From contig NC_047076.1 in NCBI RefSeq assembly GCF_902459465.1, forward strand, positions 7,998,001-8,062,000: a stretch of DNA of 64,000 nt. The letters are read 5' to 3'. This document shows positions 59,350-64,000 of this stretch, piece after piece. The notes below the pieces were generated by a model, which was given only the letters and a program-made list of their open reading frames with translations, was not told where the DNA came from and did no database searches. Made by a program: the position numbers and the translations under genes. This stretch comes from Asterias rubens. Its lineage: Eukaryota. How positions within the stretch are numbered: the first letter of the stretch is position 1; the number at the start of each line of letters is the position of its first letter.

Positions 59350-60075
59350 AAAAATGTATTAACATCTATTTTTCAGTTTCGTAGAGAGTATTCAAAAAGC
59401 TCCACATTTCAAACTCTCATCATACTCTTTGAAGTGGTTGAACTTGTTCTGGAAATAATAGTTCATAGCAGTGACAAGTTTGCGCCATCTTACACATCGT
59501 GCATTTTTGTTTGTGGTTTAGAATTTTTGTCTGGTAAAGAAAAATATTTCTGATGCAAGTTAAATTGACTTTGAGTCAGAAAGAGCAAGAAGGTTTCAGA
59601 AGGTTCCATGAAAATTCACGCAGTTGTTGAACTAACAGCCGACTTCAAGATCGAATCCGAGAACACAGGAAGTGAACTAAATCCATGTCTAACTCACGCA
59701 GGTATAAACCACATGCAGTGGGTGTTCTTAATGCTTTATAAGCTGTCGTTTCTTTGAATTCCCCAAACCTCCAACCTCAAACTGAAGGACATACTTGTCT
59801 TTGGACAAGGCTGTGAATGTGTAATTGTGCGTGTGCAAACATGTACATAGGGTGCATTATAAAGAATCAACTCTTAAGGATGTTGGGTACTAAACACTTC
59901 CTTCTCTCCTCAATAATGATTTATGCTGGTAGACACGAGGAGACGCTTCAGCTTGACTTTGTCTCGGACAGACATCATTCATAAATGCTTGGAGATTGTG
60001 TGTCATCACTTCACAGTTGGTGATGTTTTCAAAAAAACTAACTTCCCTTTTTGTCCTGATTTGTCATTTCTGCAG

Positions 60076-60166
60076 GCAAACTGAAGCGCACAAGTTCACT
60101 GTCACCAATCGGATCACCAACTGGTGGACACACGCGTGCTAACCGACAACCACTCTCAGAGTCACC
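60076..60166 (+). other. 5' UTR part of the first P450 coding exon
   Basis: Polypyrimidine tract plus tttctgcag acceptor ending at 60075; in-frame TAA upstream of the ATG; Kozak-like GTCACCATG. Confidence 0.65.
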
Positions 60167-61055
60167 ATGATCCTCACAGCTTCACTTTGTGGCACGGCGC
60201 TCTGTGCTATGTACTACCTCAAGGAACAGTATGATTACACTATCCGACGGATGCCTCCTGGGCCGTCCTCCATCCCATTCATTGGGAATGCACTCAGCAT
60301 TGACTGCAATGCCCCTCACCTCTCTATGTTAGAACTGGCCAAGAAGTACGGCAACATCTTCAGCATCAAGTTGGGATCACAACGTGTCGTCATCCTCAAC
60401 AGCTGTGAGGTGATCAAGGAGGCGTACAAAGGCTTGGACATTTCTCACAGACCGAACATCTATTGCATGGATGTCTTAGTCGGAGATAAAGGATTCTTGA
60501 CGTGCAAGGACACCAATCAGTGGCGTCTGCACACAAAACTTTGCCGTAGCGCCCTCAGAGTGATAAACAACAGCAGCCTCGGCATCAAAATCAGCGAGGA
60601 GGCCGACTGCCTTATTAACAAAATGCTTGACTATCACGGCAAGGCGTTCAACCCTTGCCAGGATCTGTACCTGGCCTCCCTTAACATCCTCTGTAACATT
60701 TCATTTGGGGAGCGGTATTCACATAACGATCCGGAGCTCCATGAGATCTTGGACTACTCGGCGCAAATCCTGAAGGTGATCTCACCAGTCCACCCTGTCA
60801 ACGCACTGCCATGGTTAAGGCACTTCCCAAACAAGTGGTTCGATAGCCTCCTCAAAGCAAAGGACAAACGAGACAGACTGCTGATGAGGAAGTACGTGCA
60901 GCACGTAGCCACATACAAGGACGGTGAGGTGCGGGACATGCTGGATGCAATGCTGGCCTCGGCCAAGCAAGCAGTGCAAGAGAAGGATGAGAACTCACTG
61001 AGTGTCTTGACACCAGAGCACATCATCATCAACATGTGGCTCATGTTTTTTGCAG
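60167..61055 (+). CDS. Cytochrome P450, clan 2 (CYP17/CYP1-like), coding exon 1
   Basis: N-terminal hydrophobic anchor, PPGP..IPFIGN, KKYGNIFSIKLG, LPWLRHFPNK, RDMLDAML, I-helix start MWLMFFA; donor GCAG|gttggc after 61055 (phase 1). The supplied ORF reads on into the intron. Confidence 0.95.
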
Positions 61056-61947
61056 GTTGGCTTTTATCTCTTTCTCTCTCCCTCATACAAAAATGTACAT
61101 GCTATATAACCTCTCTATGTCTTCAAAGCACGAGGCTTGCCCACAAGATCATCATCAGATACTTCTTAAAATATGTAGTGATGTGAATTTCTCAAACTCT
61201 GCTCTGAGAACAAACAAATATTTGAAGACCCACTTGTACAACTTTTATTGTGTGTGTAATTACGACCATCATGTCGAAATTAGTTATTTAGACCCCCCCC
61301 CCCCCTTCAAAAGAAAATCATTCCTGGCAAGACCCGCAAGTAGTGTGTAAAACTAGAAGACAAACAAAAATCATATCAAAAAAGGTTGCTTGACCTTATC
61401 CGTCCCCAAACCCCACCTTTAAAAAAACCTACACTATGACAAGATTATATTTAGTGGCTTAACACAGGTTTGTGCGTCAACTGCTTATAAATAAATAAAA
61501 AAATTCACAAGTGGGCCGATTTCCCTGGTGGTCTATTCTTGATTAAACGTATTCCAACAGACCACAAAAAGTGTCATTACTGTCGGAAAATCATTTTTCC
61601 TCATTTCCTGTGTGTAGTTATTGACTGCCCACAGGAATAATCACAACGCGGTCAAAAAAACAAAATTCAAATTGCAGATTAACGTATAATTTGCATAATT
61701 CATTTCCAAATTCCAAACTTGTTTTGTATTTTTCAAGCATGAACCACATTTCTGACCTACTTTTGAAGTTGACAATTTCAAATGGTAATTAACTGAAACT
61801 CATAAAAGTCATTGACAAAAGCAAACTTTTGCAGGAAATGTTTACACCTATAACACAAAGTAAAACCATGGAATTTTCCCCTTTGCAAATAATAAAACCA
61901 CCACAACTTATTCTTACCGACGATATTTATATTTTTGTTTGATTAAG

Positions 61948-62100
61948 GTACGGACACCGTAGCCAATACACTGCAGTGGGGTTTACTGTACATGGCAGCA
62001 TTCCCTAAGAAACAAGCTAAAGTGCAAGACCAGATTGATGAAGTGCTTGGGAAGGATGGACCACTCACGCTGGAAAGCAAATCCTCATTGCCATATTTGG
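61948..62100 (+). CDS. Cytochrome P450 coding exon 2 (I helix to K-helix start)
   Basis: (G)TDTVANTLQWGLLYMAAFPKKQAKVQDQIDEVLGKDGPLTLESKSSLPYL completes the AGxDT motif; acceptor tttgattaag, donor G|gtaagt; 153 nt, phase 1 to phase 1. Confidence 0.95.
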
Positions 62101-62588
62101 GTAAGTTCCCTCAATCTTGTTTTTCCTCTTTTCTGTATTATACTGTATCACATATGACGTCACCGTTCAAAAACCTGCCCAACAACATGGCGTCCGCGAG
62201 TGTGTGCATGCATGTGCCATAGAAATCAAAGCGGGAACGCTACGTGCTGCGTTCTTCTTTGGTGTACGCATTTAGACGCCCGTACGGTTTGCCCTACAAG
62301 ATGGCGACTTTCACAGCAACAATGGGGTTATGTCCTATCTACCTCCTACTCGCGAGCAAGTTTACAAACTAATCCGTTCTCTAATCGGCAGCTAATGAAG
62401 TTCCCCGAGTGATGGGGTAATAATATTATGTTCTCTCAAGAGCGACTGTTGAACTCCCCAAAACAAAAACAACAACAGTACAACACATTGCAAAACATGC
62501 AACTGAGTGTTGTTACACATTATAATGTGCAGTACAATGACATTCAGATTGTGCTCCATATACCGTCTGATAATTAAGCCGGTAGACT

Positions 62589-62950
62589 TTAAAGGCAGTG
62601 GACACTTTTGGTAATACCAAGACTAGCCTTCACAGTTGGTGTATCTCAACATATGCATAAAACAACTAACCTGTGAAAGGTTGAGCTCAATCGGTCATCG
62701 AAGTTGCGAGATAACAATGAAAGAAAAAAACACCCTTGTCACACGAAGTTGTGTGCGTTTAGAGGGTCGATTTGAGACCTCAAGTTCTAAATCTGAGGTC
62801 TCAAAATAAAATTCGTGGAAAATTACGTCTTTCTCGAAAAATATGGCACTTCAGAGGGAGCCGTTTCATTGTCCCTATTACTCGTTACCAAGTAAGGTTT
62901 TATGCTAATAATTATTTTGAGTTATTACCAATAGTGTTCACTGCCTTTAG
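62589..62950 (+). mobile_element. MITE family A in a P450 intron
   Basis: TTAAAGGCAGTGGACACTTTTGGTAAT ... CCAATAGTGTTCACTGCCTTTA. Confidence 0.9.
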
Positions 62951-63674
62951 TAAAGCGATAAGGATTAAGGATTACCTTGATACAGATTCACCTCATGTGT
63001 GCAAAGGATGCAAGGGCATTCACCAAGGACCAAATCCCATACAAATGTCACCGCTATAGACAACTCCAATGCAAATCCATCACGAGCAATCATGTCAAAT
63101 GGCATGAAAATCAATTGTACTTATCATACACATTGCATGATATCAATTTGATGTGGTGTGGCCATGCTGTCAACTGAAGGACAACAAGGCTACATTGACA
63201 CAATGGACAACTCCATTTAGGGAAGAGAGGAGGTCACCGTTCCAATAAAGGGAAACAATCAAACGACATTTTAAAATGAATCCCTTTTTATCATTGTGCT
63301 CCTTAGACTCTTTTGAATTTACATCAGGAATTTTTCATCAGTTAGTCAATGTTCCTACACCTTAGGCCTATTTATTATTTTACACAATCACTAGCACTAG
63401 ATATCACATTACATCAGCTCATTTGATCTCCGAAGGCATTTTTGACACCAATCTTCCAATAGATAGAACTTTTCACACAGAACTCAATTTAACCTTCGCT
63501 AGATTGGGATAAGACTGGTCTGCCTTGCCTCATTCAATGCCATAGTTACACGAAGTGGATTCATCCAAATCTAGCATTAAAAAAACCGAGAATTTGGAGC
63601 CGATTTCCAGTAAATTGTTTTTTATTTGTTAATGCAATTTCTAATTATTGTCCATCTTTCTTGTCTTTGTTCAG

Positions 63675-63779
63675 AGGCTACAGTTTATGAGATCATGAGG
63701 TTTAGCTCTTTGACCATCCTAGGGGTACCACATGCAGCTGCCGTCGACACCAGAGTCGGAGGGTACTACATCCCTAAAG
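63675..63779 (+). CDS. Cytochrome P450 coding exon 3 (K helix); the gene continues beyond the window
   Basis: (E)ATVYEIMRFSSLTILGVPHAAAVDTRVGGYYIPK with the ExxR motif; acceptor ctttgttcag, donor G|gtaagt; 105 nt, phase 1 to phase 1. The PERF and heme-Cys motifs are not in the window. Confidence 0.95.
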
Positions 63780-64000
63780 GTAAGTAACTTGTGGCATTCA
63801 CATCAAAATCACTCCATTATACTATATTTTTTATTAAACATCTCAAAATGTTAATATGTATAAAGTCAGTATAGTCCCATCCACTGGTGGTGCTAAAACA
63901 CATTGAAGAATTAATAACAGGAGTGTAAATGCTCTTCTAGTTCAGTCCATCATAGTATACATTGTGATATGTACCCTATGTGGTTAGTACACACAAAGTG

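Noticed and set aside
61056-61186. Hydrophobic C-terminal tail of the 339-aa P450 ORF as a truncated product
   Set aside because: It is intron read-through; splicing at 61055 restores AGTDT and the phase-matched downstream exons.

Overview
AT-rich, repeat-dense animal genomic DNA with spliceosomal introns. It is probably echinoderm/sea-star-like; this is inferred from repeat and gene style and is not proven. Two host genes point away from each other. (1) On the - strand are two phase-compatible coding exons of the SWI/SNF subunit SMARCD/BAF60 (20171-20310, 14963-15167); its first exon and its next downstream exon could not be found. (2) On the + strand are the first three coding exons of a clan-2 cytochrome P450 with CYP17/CYP1-like features (60167-61055, 61948-62100, 63675-63779), which runs off the right edge. 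The rest is intron/intergenic DNA packed with non-autonomous elements: about 14 copies of a TTAA-flanked Kolobok/T2-type MITE, CWG-flanked hairpin MITEs, three tRNA-derived repeat families, an L2/CR1 LINE 3' end, a 2.6-kb Helentron/HINE-like element, Penelope-like remnants with broken hammerhead cores, and several minisatellites. Most ORFs in the supplied track are spurious. I found no clear new multi-gene system. The best leads are a young 1.37-kb inverted-repeat element with a frameshifted gag-like ORF and outward-facing splice donors (26041-27409), a TSD-flanked retroposed multimer of a tRNA-containing unit (28049-28705), and a P450 lacking the conserved C-helix arginine.
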